DNA from: the human T2T-CHM13v2.0 reference genome, Homo sapiens
Assembly (NCBI RefSeq): GCF_009914755.1
Contig: NC_060927.1
DNA length: 64,000 bases
Strand: one strand, 5' to 3'
The position numbers were made by a program, and so were the translations under genes. Below the pieces are notes generated by a model. It saw only the letters and a list, made by a program, of their open reading frames with translations. It ran no database searches and had not been told where the DNA came from. Positions 43,131-56,036 of the stretch are shown here, one piece after another; the first letter of the stretch is position 1; every line of letters starts with the position of its first letter.

Positions 43131-43948
43131 CAGGAACATTTAAGTCTGCTGAAGCTGCGCCCACAGCTGCCCCTTCCCCCAAGTGATCTGTCCCAGGGAG
43201 ATGGGAGATTTATCTGTAAGCCCCTGATTGGGGCTGCTGCCTTTCTTTCAGAGATGCCCTGCCCAGAGAGGAGTCTAGAGAGGCAATCTGGCTACAGCAG
43301 TTTTGAGGCGCTGCAGTGGTATCCACCCAGTCTGAACTTCCAAGCAGTTTTGTTTACACTGTGAGGGGAAAACTGCCTACTCAAGCCTCAGTAATGGCAA
43401 ATGCTCCTCCTGGCAGCAAGTTTGAGCATCCCAGGTCGACTTCAGACTGCTGTGCTGGCAGCGAGAATTTCAAGCCAGTGGATATAAGCTTGCCAGTGAG
43501 ATAGAACCGTTCAGTCCCCTGGAAAGGGGGCTCAAGCTAGGGAGCCAAGTGGCCTAGCTCAGCGGATCCCACTCCCATGGATCCCAGCAAGCTAAGATCC
43601 ACTGGCTTGAAATTCTTGCTGCCAGCACAGCAGTCTGAAGTTGACCTGGGATGCTCAAGCTTGCTGTGGGGAGGACCATTTGCCATTACTGAGGCTTGAG
43701 TAGGTGGTTTTCCCCTCACAGTGTAAACAAAACTGCTAGGAAGTTTGGACTGGGTGGAGCCCACCGCAGAGCCTCAAAGCTGCTGTAGCCCGACTGCCTC
43801 TCTAGACTCCTCACTGGCAGGGCATCTCTGAAAGGAAGGCAGCAGCCCCAGTCAGGGGCTTTTAGATAAAACTCCCATCTCTCTGGGACAGAGCACCTGG
43901 GGGAAGGGGCGGCTGTGGGCTCAGCTTCAGCAGACTTAAACGTTCCTG
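43131..43948. repeat. ~360-bp inverted repeat (arms 43131-43493 and 43587-43948, ~93-bp spacer)
   Basis: Arm 1 is the reverse complement of arm 2; ORFs 43316+ and 43764- give near-identical peptides. Confidence 0.95.
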
Positions 43949-44391
43949 CTTGGTGGCTCTTAAGAGAGGAGTGGATCTCCCAGCACAGCGCTCCAGCTTT
44001 GCTAAGGGATAGACTGCCTCCTCAAGTGGGTCCCTGACCCCCACGCCTCCTGACTGGGAGACACCTCCCAGCAGGAGTTGACAGACACCTCATACAGGAG
44101 AGCTCCAGCTGGCATCTGGCAGGGGCCCCTCTGGGATGAATTTTCCAGAGGAAGGAACAGGCAGCAATCTTTGCTGTTTTGTAGCCTCTGCTGGTGATAC
44201 CCAGGCAAACAGGAGCCAGAGTGGACCTCCAGGAATCTCCAGAAGACCTGCAGCAGAGAGGCCCGACTGTTAGAAGGAAAAATAACAAACAGAAAGGAAT
44301 AGCATCAACATTAACAAAAAAGGATGTCCACACAGAAACCCCATCCAAAAGTCACCAACATCAAAGACCAAAGGTAGATAAATCCACGAAG

Positions 44392-45409
44392 ATGAGGAAA
44401 AACCAGTGTAAAAAGGCTGAAAATTCCGAAAACCAGAACGTCTTTTCTCTTCCAAAGGATCACAACTTCTTGCCAGCAAGGGAACAAAACTGGATGGAGA
44501 ATGATTTTGGCTAACAGACAGAAGTAGGTTTCAGAAGGTGGGTAATAACAAACTCCTCTGAGCTAATGGAGCATGTTCTAATCCAATGGAAAAAAGCTAT
44601 GAACCTTGATAAAAGGTTAGAGGAATTGTTAACTAGAATAACCAGTTTAGAGAAGAACATAAATGACCTGATGGAGCTGAAAAACACAGCATGAGAACTT
44701 CGTGAAGCATATACAAGTATTAATAGCTGAATCGATCGAGCGGAAGAAAGGATATCAGAATTGAAGATCAACTTAATGAAATAAAACATGAAGCCAAGAT
44801 TAGAGAAAAAAGAATGAAAAGGAACAAACAAAGCTACAAGAAATATGGGACTATGTGAAAAGACCAAACCTGTTTGATTGGTGTGCCTGAAAGTGACAGG
44901 GAGAATGAAACCAAATTGGAAAACACTCTTCAGGATATTATCCAGGAGAAGTTCCCCAGTCTAGCAAGATGGGCCAACATTCAAATTCAGGAAATACAGA
45001 GAACACCACAAAGATACTCTTCGAGAAGAGCAACCCCAAGACACATAATCGTCAGATTCACCAAGGTTAAAATGGAGGAAAACATGTTAAAGGCAGCCAA
45101 AATAAAGGTCTGGTTACCCACAAAGGGAAGCCCATCAAACTAACAGTGGATCTCTTGGCAGAAACCCTACAAGCCAGAAGAGAGTGGGGGCCAATATTCA
45201 ACATTCTCAAAGAAAAGGATGTTCAACCCAGAATTTTTTATCCAGTCAAACTAAGCTTCATAAATGAAGGAGAAATAAAACCCTTTACAGACAAGCAAAT
45301 GCTGAGAGATTTTGTCACCAGATGTGCCTTACAGGAGCTCTTGAAGGAAGCACTAAATATGGAAAGGAAAAACCAGTACTAGCCACTGCACAAACATACC
45401 AAATTGTAA
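44392..45409 (+). pseudogene. L1 ORF1p remnant
   Basis: MRKNQCKKAENSENQN...; IGVPESDRENETKLENTLQDIIQEKFP; contains stops. Confidence 0.88.
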
Positions 45410-48400
45410 AGACAATCGACACTGAAGAAACTGCATCAACTAACGGGTAAAATAACCAGCTAGCATCATAATGACAGCATCAGATTCACACATAATCATA
45501 TTAACCTTAAATGTAAAGGGGCTAAATGCCCCAATTAAAAGACACAGATGGCAAATTGGATAGAACCAAGAGCCATCAGTATGCTGTATTCAGGAGACCC
45601 ATCTCATGTGCAAAGACACAAATAGGCCCAAAATAAAGGGATGGAGGAATATTTAAACAAAACAAATGGAAAGCAAAAAACAAAAAGAAAACAAAAAAGC
45701 AGGGGTTGCAATTCTAGTCTCTGGTAAAACAGACTTTAAACCAACAAAGATCAAAAAAGAAAAAGAAGGGCATTATGTAATAGTAAAGGGATCAATGCAA
45801 CAAGAAGAGCTAACTATCCTAAATATATATGCATCCAATACAGAAGAATCCAGATTCATAAAGCAAGTTCTTAGAGACCTACAAAGAGACTTAGACTCCC
45901 ACACAATAATAGTGGGAGACCTAACACCCCACTGTCAATGTTAGACAGATCAACAAGACAGAAAATTAATAAGGATATTCAGGACTTGAACTCAACTCTG
46001 GATCAAGCAGAAGTAATAGATATCTACAGAACTCTCCACCCCAAATCAACAGAATATACATTCTTCTCTGCACCACATAGCACTTACTCTAAAATTGACC
46101 ACATATTTGGAAGTAAAATATTCCTCAGCAAATGCAAAAGAACTAAATGATAACACAGTCTCTCAGACCACAGTGCAATCTAATTAGAACTCAGGATTAA
46201 GAAACTCACTCAAAACTGCACAACTACATGGAAACTGAACAACTGCTCCTGAATGACTACTGGGTTAATAATGAAATTAAGGCAGAAATAAATAACAGTT
46301 CTTTGAAACCAATAAGAACAAAGACACAATGATGCAGAATGTTTGGGACACAGCTAAAGCAGTGTTTAGAGAGAAATTTATAGCACTAAATGGGAAAGAT
46401 CTAAAGTTGACACCCTAACATCACAATTACAAGAACTAGAGAAACAAGAGCAAACAAATTCAAAAGCTAGCAGAAGACAAGAAATAACTAAGATGAGAGC
46501 AGAACTGAAGGAGATAGAGACATGAAAAACTTCAAAAATCAATGAATCCAAGAGGTGTTTTTTTTAAAGATTAACAAAATAGATAGACTGCTAGCCAGAC
46601 TAATAAAGAAGAAAAGAGAGAAGAATCAAATAGATGCAATAAAAAATGATAAAGGGGATATCACCACTGATCCCACAGAAATACAAACTACTATCAGAGA
46701 ATACTATAAATACCTCTACACAAATAAACTAGAAAATCTAGAAGAAATGGATAAATTCCTGGACACATACACCCTCCCAAGACTAAACCAGGAAGAAGTC
46801 GAATCCCTGAATAGACCAATAACAAGTTCTGAAACAGAGGTAGTAATTAATAGCCTTCCAACCAAAATAAATCCCAGGACCAGAAGGATTCAGAGCCGAA
46901 TTCTACCAGAGATACAAAGAGGAGCTGGTACCATTCCTTCTGAAACTATTCCAAACAACAGAAAAAGACGACTCATCCCTAACTCATTTTATGAGGCCAT
47001 CATCATCCTGATACCAAAACCTGGCAGAGACACAACAAAACAAGAAAATTTCAAGCCAATATCCCTGATGAACATCAATGAGAAAATCCTCAATAAAATA
47101 CTGGCAAACCGAATCCAGCAGCATATCAAAAAGCTTATCCACCATGATCAAGTAGGCTTCATCCCTGAGATGTGAGAGTGTTTCAACATACTCAGATTAA
47201 TAAATGTAATCCATCACATAAACAGAAGCAATGACAAAAACCACATGATTATCTCAATAAATGGAGAAAAAGCCTTCGATAAAATTCAACACCCCTTCAT
47301 GCTAAAAACTCTGAATAAACTCGGTTTTGATGGAATGTATCTCAAAATAATAAGAGCTATTTATGACAAACCCACAGCCAATATCATACTGAATGGGCAA
47401 AAGCTGGAAGCATTCCCTTTGAAAACCAGCAGAAGACAAGGATGCCCTCTCTCACCACTCCTATTCAACATAGTATTGAAAGTTCTGGCCAGGGCAATCA
47501 GGCAAGAGAGAGAAATAAAGGATATTCAAATAGGAAGAGAGGAAGTAAAATTGTCTCTCTTTGCAGATGCCATGACTGTTCATTTAGAAAACCCCATTGT
47601 CTCAGCCCAAAATCTCCTTAAGCTGATAAGCAACTTCAGCAAAACTTCACAAAATCAATGTGCAAAAATCACAAGCATTCCTATACACCAATAATAGACA
47701 AACACAGAGCCAAATCATGAGTGAACTCCCATTCACTATTGCTACAAAGAGAATAAAATATCTAGGAATGCACCTTACCAGGGATGTGAAGGACCTCTTC
47801 AAGGAGAACTACAAAACACTGCTCAAGGAAATAAGAGAGGACACAAGCAAATGGAATGTTATCCCCATCAAGCTACCATTGACTTTCTTCACAGAAATTG
47901 AAAAAACTACTTCAAATTTCATATGGAATCAAAAAAGAGCCTGCATAGCCACGACAATCCTAAGCAAAAAGAACAAAGCTGGAGGCATCACACTACCTGA
48001 CCTGAAACTATACTACAAGGCTACAGTAACCAAAACAGCATGGTACTGGTACTAAAACAGATATGTGGACCAATGGAACAGAGCAGAGGTCTCAGAAATA
48101 ACACCACACATCTACAATCATATGATCTTTGACAAACCTGACAAAAGCAAACTATGGGGAAAGGATTTCCTATTTAATAATTGGTGTTGGGAAAACTGGC
48201 TAGCCATATGCAGAAAACTGAAAGTGGACCCCTTCCTTACACTTTATACAAAAATTAACTCAAGATGGATTAAAGACTTAAACGTAAGACCTAAAACCAT
48301 AAACCCTAGAAGAAAACCTAGGCAATACCATTCAGGACATAGGCACGGGCAAAGACTTCATGACTAAAACACCAAAATCAATGGCAACAAAAGCCAAAAT

Positions 48401-48951
48401 TGACAAATGGGGTCTAATTAAACTAAAGAGCTCCTGCACAGCAAAAGAAACTATCATCAGGGTGAACAAGCAACCTACAGAATGGGAGAAAATTTTTGCA
48501 ATCTATTCATCTGACAAAGGGCTAATATCCAGAATCTACAAAAAATTTAAACAGATTTACAAGAATGAAACAACCCCATCAAAAAGTGGGTGAAGGATAT
48601 TAACAGACACTTCTCAAAAGAAGACATTTATGTGGCCAACAAACATTTGAAAAAAAGCTCATCATCACTGGTCATTAGAGAAATGCAAATCAAAACCACA
48701 ATGAGATACCATCGCACTCCAGTTAGAATGGCGATCATTAAAAAGTCAGGAAACAACAGATGCTGCAGAGGATGTGGAGAAATAGAAACACTTTTACACT
48801 GTTGGTGGGAGTGTAATTAGTTCAACCATTGTGGCAGACAGTGTGGCGATTCCTCAAGGATCTAGAACCAGAAATATCATTTGACCCAGCAATTTCATTA
48901 CTGGGTATATACCTAAAGGATTATAGTCATTCTACTATAAAGACCCATGCG

Positions 48952-48955
<4 letters not shown>

Positions 48956-48985
<30 letters not shown>
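48956..48985. repeat. (CA)n microsatellite
   Basis: Direct reading of about 15 units. Confidence 0.92.
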
Positions 48986-48989
<4 letters not shown>

Positions 48990-48990
<1 letters not shown>

Positions 48991-49461
48991 TTTGATAAAA
49001 AGTAAACTTTAATGTCGAAAATGCAAACTTGGGGAGTGCAGAAGTATCACACGCAAGGCTGTCACTTCACACTTGGAGAGTTTCACAGCGCCCAGGCAGA
49101 GGTGCTCCTTACATCCCAGATGATGCGGGGGCCGGGCAGAGCCGCTCCTCACTTCCCAGAGGGTGGGCGATGGGCAGAGGTGCTCCTCACTTCCCAGATG
49201 GTGGGCAGCTGGGCAGAAGCACTCCTCACTTCCTAGACAGGGCAGTGGCCAGGCAGAGGGGCTCCTCACTTCCCAGTCAGTTGGGTGGCCAGACAGAGGC
49301 GCTCCTCACTTTCCAGACAGGGCGGCAGCCAGAGAGAGGTGCTCCTCACTTGCCAGATGGGGCAGCAGCCAGGCAGAGGCACTCCTCATTTGCTAGATGG
49401 TGGGGCCGCCGGGCAGAGGGGCATTTCACTTCCCAGACAGGGCAGCAGCCAGGTAGAGGAG
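48990..49461 (-). mobile_element. SVA2 element (VNTR plus unique 3' region)
   Basis: SVA-type VNTR units (ggcagaggtgctcctcacttcccaga); minus-strand ccaagtgtgaagtgacagccttg...ccccaagtttgcattttcgacattaaagtttactttt; no SINE-R, Alu-like region or hexamer. Confidence 0.85.
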
Positions 49462-49988
49462 GCACACGTATTTTTATTGCCGCACTGTTCACAATAGCAA
49501 AGACTTGGAGCCAATCCAAATGCCAATCAATGATAGACTGGATAAAGAAAATGTGGCACATATACACCATGGAACACTATGCAGCCATAAAAAAGCATGA
49601 CTTCATGTCCTTTGCAGGGACATGGATGAAGCTGGAAACCATCATTCTCAGCAAACTAACACAGGAACAGAAAACCAAACACCACATGTTCTCACTCATA
49701 AGTGAGAGCTGAACAATGAGAACACATGGATACAGGGAGGGGGCCATCACACACTGGGGCCTGTTGGTGGGTAGGGGGCGAGAGGAGGGATAGCATTAGG
49801 AGAAATACCTAATGTAGATGATGGGTTGATGGGTACAGCAAACCAAGATGACATGTGTATACCTATGTAACAAACCTGCACGTTCTGCACATGTATCCCA
49901 GAACTTAAATTATAATAAACTAAATAAATAAAAATTCTGATATTTTTAATCCAAGAGGGGTAAAGATGGGAAAATAAGAAGGCAAATA

Positions 49989-50387
49989 CAGTCATGCTCT
50001 GCATAATGAGGTTTCATTCAACAATGGAGCACATATACAATGGTGGTCCCATAAGATTACAATATCAAGTTGGTGCAAACATAATTGTAGTTTTTGCAAT
50101 TACTTTTAATAGCAAAAACCACAATTACATTCGCATGAACCTAATAAAATATTTTTACTGTAACATTTCTATGGTTAGATATATTTGTATACACAAATAG
50201 TTGCCACTGTGTTGCAATTGCCTACAGTATTCAGCACAGTAACATGTTGTACCAATTTGTAGTGTGTAGTAGACTATACCATCTAGGTGTGTGTAATTAC
50301 AATCACTCTATGATGTTTGCACAACCGCAAAATCACCTAATAATGTATTTCTCAGATTGTATCACATCATGAAGTAATGTATGACTA
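49989..50387 (+). mobile_element. Tigger3a (MER7A)-like element
   Basis: ta|cagtcatgc...atgacta|ta; ggtggtcccataagatta. Confidence 0.8.
50065..50144. mobile_element. MADE1 (Hsmar1 MITE) nested in Tigger3a
   Basis: 80-bp palindromic gttggtgcaaa...gaacctaa flanked by TA. Confidence 0.88.
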
Positions 50388-52172
50388 TAATCATATATAT
50401 GATGGTGGCAAGGGAACACAATCACTATGTCATCTCCAGATGCTTTGAGCCAATAGTTTTTCTTGTTTCTTTTTCTATGTCAACAAAAAATTGTGAAGTT
50501 TTAAATAATTTCTCAAGATTAATAGTAATAACATATTTCACAATTTATTGAGCTGACTTCATGTACTTTAAAAATTTCTCTCATATTTTCAACAACTGCA
50601 ACTTTCGGACTTCTAGAAAGCTCAAAGAGATGAACAGTCCATGTACTGACCTGTTCCTGATTTCTACAGCCTCACCTCTGCCACCACATCTGCCTCTTAC
50701 ACATCTCTATGTTTTTGGTTTACAACCTGATGTAAGATGGTAGGTGGTGGGTCGAGTTCTGGGAGATTCCTGAAAAATGTAGCCTTAATGAGAGAAATCA
50801 ACATATATTCCAAAAATTAGGGGTTTAGTAGTGAGGAATGGGTGGTTTCATCTTCATTTGCCTTTCCTTGTATATTTTGTACACTTCTTAAAACTAAAAT
50901 TGTAATACAACTGCATTAAGGGTGATTGGAATTTAGGGACTGCAGAGGGGAAAAAGACAGCATCTGGTTTGATGTACTGTAAATCTCAGGGAATCTAACC
51001 AATGGTATGTTTATTAAAATTATAATCTGTACTTTTCCTAGAAGCGGTAGTTAATGCAAGAATTAAACATTTGTAAATATTGCATAGTGAATTCATTTTT
51101 GAAAAAGTTTGCTATGAGTTCTTCACAGAAATTATATGGGTATCTAACTCAGGATGTTCCTGCAGCCTAAAGCAGTATACCGAATCCTAAGTCTACACTA
51201 AAATTTGAAGTGAATGTCTAGATCCATCCTTAGGGTAGGGGCAAATGTAACACAAAGATGGTTTTTATATTTAAAGTTCAAATGGAAACATTACTTAAGA
51301 AACCCAAGCTTTGCCAAAGGGCCATTTGATTTTCACTTGGCTTTGGAAAATAATATAAGAAACCCATTTTCCTCAGAAGGCTGGGAAGGAATTGAAATAG
51401 AAAACCATTTGCCCTTCAAAGGAACGTATCCAGTTGTCTAGATCTGGAAATGTTAGATGACAATATTGCTTTCTTTGAAGTGACTGAGTCATGTGGGTCA
51501 AAATTCCTCATGAAAAATATGTTTAGACATGTCCTAAATTATTTAGAATAAGGCTCAATACTTCCATTACTAAGGAAAGTATATAAGGGGCCTTACACAG
51601 TCAATGCATAGTGCCTGAGTGAGGTATTCACCAAGAACTTGGAAATGGTATCACCCTTAGGGAGTTCATCTAATAAAATCTACACATGACAGATTTGATT
51701 ACCATTCACTATGGGTAAACCAGGAGATATTTGTAAATGTAAGACTGGAACATCTTTTTAACACCTAAAACTCCAACAAGGGAATGTCTTAGAAAAGTAG
51801 AATGGGAAGATGCTTGTGGTATATAGTAAGCTAAATTTGATCAATCTTATGATACACTTTTGTAGAAAGGCCGTGTTAAAAGAAGAGAGATGGTTAGACT
51901 GGAATAATTAAAAAGAAGTATCAAGAACTAATATTTGTCAGAATATCTTCAGCAGTCCCAGGGTTCTTGTTAGTTCTTCAAATTCCCCAGACCTTATGGC
52001 AGGCAAAATCTACAAAGTGGATAAATGCATTTGGCCTTTATAGCTCCAAGACACACATCATTAAGGCTGCCTACCTCAAGAAAGTTACTGATTATAATTT
52101 AGTTTCCCATGCATATTATCTTACAGGAAAGTAATGTCTGACTAACTGATGCGAACTTTCTTATCTTCTTAG

Positions 52173-53480
52173 TGATGGCAGCAGCAGCCCATCCAGAATG
52201 GCTGCTGCCAACATACGGGCTGCAGTGGGGAGGCACAGCCAGTCCTCCCACTCCACAGAGCAGGCAGGAGTCCCGCCCCTGGGCCCCAGGCCTCCTGCTC
52301 CAGGGGACAAGTGCAAGCCCTGCCCCTTCCGAATTGGCAGGGCAGGAGCTCCTCATGGGCAGCTGCAGTCACCCAAGCCCGGCTGTGGACCTGGGCATCT
52401 CTGTGCTCTTGTGGGGCTGGGAAGGCCTCCCTACCCCCGACTCCCCACAGACTCTGAATTGCCTCGTCCCACTGTCTGGCCTCTCCCCACTCCTGGCACC
52501 CACTCAGATCATGGAGCAAGGTGGGAGCCTGCTGAGTGGGGCATGCTTGGGTCAGCACTGACATGTCAGCCCCACTGCCACCTTGGCCCCCTCCAGACAT
52601 TGGGTGCTGATGAGCACGGGGGGGACTCAAAGCAGGGCTGAAGGCAGCTCAGTGCTGGCCTGCAGGTGCCCCTTGGTATGAATAGCCTGGGTGCCATGAA
52701 CAGCAGGAAAGGCAAACAGGCTCCTGGGCTGAAGAGGGTGGGTCCCCAGTGAAGCCCCACCCTCAAGCTGGGGAAGCCTTGAGGCCTGGGGGCCTGGCTG
52801 CCAGTCCTGTGGACTGAAGGGGGAAGTGGTGGTGCTTTTTCCTGGGCCCACCCATGGCTGCTGATGGACCAGTCAGTGCACACTTTCCCACTTCCCCACA
52901 AGACTGTAAAAACCCCAGACTCAGCGAGAGCAGAGCAGATATCTGGACCAGCAGCTACAGAGAGGAGCTCCCTGCTCCAGGGCCCCCTCTCTACTGAGAG
53001 ATGTGAACAATTTGACAACCAGCAGCACAAAGGAGCTACCTTCCCTGATGAGAGCTGAACATTTGTCAGGACAAGCTATCTGCAGAGAGGAACCACCCAC
53101 TCCAGGCCTCCTCTTTGCTGAGAGCTGAACACTCAACAGGATGACCAGCTGCAGAGAGGGGCCACTCACTCCAGGGCTTCCTCTCTGCTGAGAGCTGCAG
53201 AGATGATGGGATTACCTGCCTACAGAGAGGAGCCACCCACTCCAGGCCTCCTCTCTGCTGAGAGCTGAACACTGACAGGATAACCTGCCTGTAGAGAGGA
53301 GCTATCCACTATGGGTCTCCTCTGAGCTTTTCTAACACTCAATAAAGCTCCTCTTCATCTTGCTCACCCTCCACTTGTCTGCCTCATTCTTCCTGGACAC
53401 AGGACAAGAACTCGGGCCAAGGCGCCATTGTCCGCAGATATTTCTGGCCAGGAAAGCAACACCCCAAAGATCCCATAACA
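52173..53480 (+). mobile_element. MER52C-like ERV1 solo LTR
   Basis: TG...CA termini; 4-bp TSD ttag; aataaagctcct; internal ~60-bp tandem units at 52950-53330. Confidence 0.87.
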
Positions 53481-53838
53481 TTAGTAGATCTTTTCCTCTT
53501 AGTATGTTGATAATTGACTTGCTGGTTTCTATATCAAGTTCTTAATGATTTGATTAATAGGAGCCAGATCCCCAGAGCTTGATCCCTTCTAGATGCAATG
53601 ACACACTGAGTTCTAAAGTTAAAGTGCTGGTGACCCCATGGTGACACACTTTGGCCTTCCCTTTGTAGCCAAGGAGACTGATGTTAATGCTATTTCATTT
53701 TGTCCTAACTGAGCATCAAGTATTCTCAAATTCAGTAAAGTGGTTTCTAAGTGAAGAGAATGGAGTTTGAGAAAGACTAGGGTGGCAAAAAATAGTGTTT
53801 AATAAAATCAGATGCTAAGGGAATAGAAACTGGGATAA

Positions 53839-54204
<366 letters not shown>

Positions 54205-55724
54205 AGTATTCCTTATATTTTAATATTACATATTTATATTTTTCAGGTAATATACAATGAAAATTCATTGCAATTAGAGTGTTAAAATAAAATAGTGTAT
54301 GTTAAGAAGAAATACAATGCAGATGCTTTTTTTTCTCCCCAGTCCTTAATTATCTCTAACCTTATATTTACACTGGTATCTCTGAGTGATTCAGATATAA
54401 TTAACATTTACTGAGCATACAGTGTTTGCAGGTAATGTGGTAGTCATTTTATACACTATATATCATGGAATTATTTTGCCAAAACTAATTGATCAATTCA
54501 TCAATAAGTATTTAGAATGACTATTTTCCTCTTATCTTGAGACTGCTTTTAAATGACCTCAAAAAGACTAATTTAGGTCCCCTTCCCTCCCAACCTCCAC
54601 AAAATGGAATATCAATTGTTATTATTTTATTAGCAATGCAAAACCAGTAAAAAGCTTGACTGGATTTCTCATTCTACAGGGGGAGTGAGAGAGTGACTGG
54701 TGAAGCATCTGAATGCAAAACTGAAGGGATCCAAGGAAAGCTCAGCTATGGGGCAGTTTTCCTATCTAAAAAGGACTAACAGTTCTCTGTTAACCTTCTT
54801 TTGTGTCAAATACAGGAAATTAATGCGGTTTTAAAAATATCTCCTGCAAGTTGATCAGTGTCCTTTTATTTTTTGTTTTTCTGATTTTATCCCTTCATGA
54901 GTATTGTTCCCTTTTGCTATGCAGGCAACCAGCCTGATGGGCTAGTTTTCCAGGTAATCCAACTTGGCTCCACGGCTTTAAGACTCTGTTGAATCAAGCT
55001 GGTTTCTTCCTTGCATATCTTCTTCTGTTTAGAAACCTTATTCCTTGTTGGTGATTTTGTCAGTTTTGTGCTTCGATTGCTTTGTGTCATAAAACCTTTT
55101 TAGATAAAACTATATGTGTTGGGGAAGGAGACCAACAAAAATATATTATTCAATTACCTTAATCAAATCTCTTTGGGTTAATGAGTGTGGCCTCAGTTAT
55201 GGCAATTTTTAGAAATGTAGCTTTTGAATTGAAGTTCTTTTGAAAAAATAAAACTACTTATTAGGGGCAAAAAAACAAGGAATAGTTGTGTTCTACTTTT
55301 GAAACACTGTCAGATTTAAATAGTACTGGTACAATAGAAATCTTGTGGCTTGGGATTCAGAGATCTGAGTTCCAGTTTTCGCTTTACTCGTAAGTAATAT
55401 TAAGGTGATCAGGTAAACTCCTCTTAGTTTCTTTCTCTAAAAAGATGGGATTAAATTAGATGATTTTTTAGGATATCTAGAAATTCTAAGACTCTGTAAC
55501 ACACTGTGTTATGACAAGGTCCTTTTAGACATAAATCAAAATTATTCTGAAATTATTTCATATTTTAGAGGCATCAGTAGGGCTTATTATAAAATGAACT
55601 GGTATGAAATGACATTATTATCTTTATTTCACATGCGGTAGATATAAATACATACTCTAATGAGCTTCAAATAACATTAATTAAACTGTTTGAGAAGACT
55701 CACCCTCTAATCTTTTTTGAAAAC

Positions 55725-56036
55725 AAAGCTGCCCAGTAGAAATATGTGAGCCATACATGTAATTTATATTTTCTAGTAGTCACATTAAAAAGTAAAAAAA
55801 GTAAAATTAATTTTACTATCATATTTTAGTTAATCCGATACGTCCAAAATATTATTGCTTCAATAGGTAATCAGTTAAAAATTAATGAGTTATTTTGCAT
55901 TCATTTTCTTAATAAAACAATTTTAAAATGTCTGGTGCATATTTTATACTTACAGCATACCTTATTTTGGATTAGCCACATTCCAAGTGCTCTATAGCCA
56001 CACATAGCTGGTGGCTACCATAAGTGGTCAGTGCTA
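55725..56036. mobile_element. MER33-like hAT-Charlie element
   Basis: gctgcccagtagaaatat...tagccacattccaagtgctctatagccacacatagctggtggctacc. Confidence 0.8.

Larger units (their letters stand above)
45471..49712 (+). pseudogene. L1 ORF2p remnant interrupted by SVA2
   Basis: [32 protein letters not shown]; multiple frameshifts. Confidence 0.92.
42714..49926 (+). mobile_element. Full-length degenerate LINE-1, L1PA7-like, with 5'UTR inverted duplication and nested SVA2
   Basis: ggcaaaatggctgaatagga start; 3'UTR ggagaaatacctaatgtagatga (L1PA7 type); TSD aataaaaattc at 42703-42713 and 49927-49937. Confidence 0.94.

Noticed and set aside
49029-49712. 227-aa chimeric ORF (SVA2 VNTR plus L1 ORF2 C-terminus)
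   Set aside because: Starts at TTG; the GC-rich VNTR lacks stops by composition; accidental fusion.
54925-54953. 29-nt micro-exon-like ag|gcaacc...ccag|gtaatc
   Set aside because: Not a multiple of three, no partner exons, peptide unrecognised; splice-like motifs are frequent by chance.
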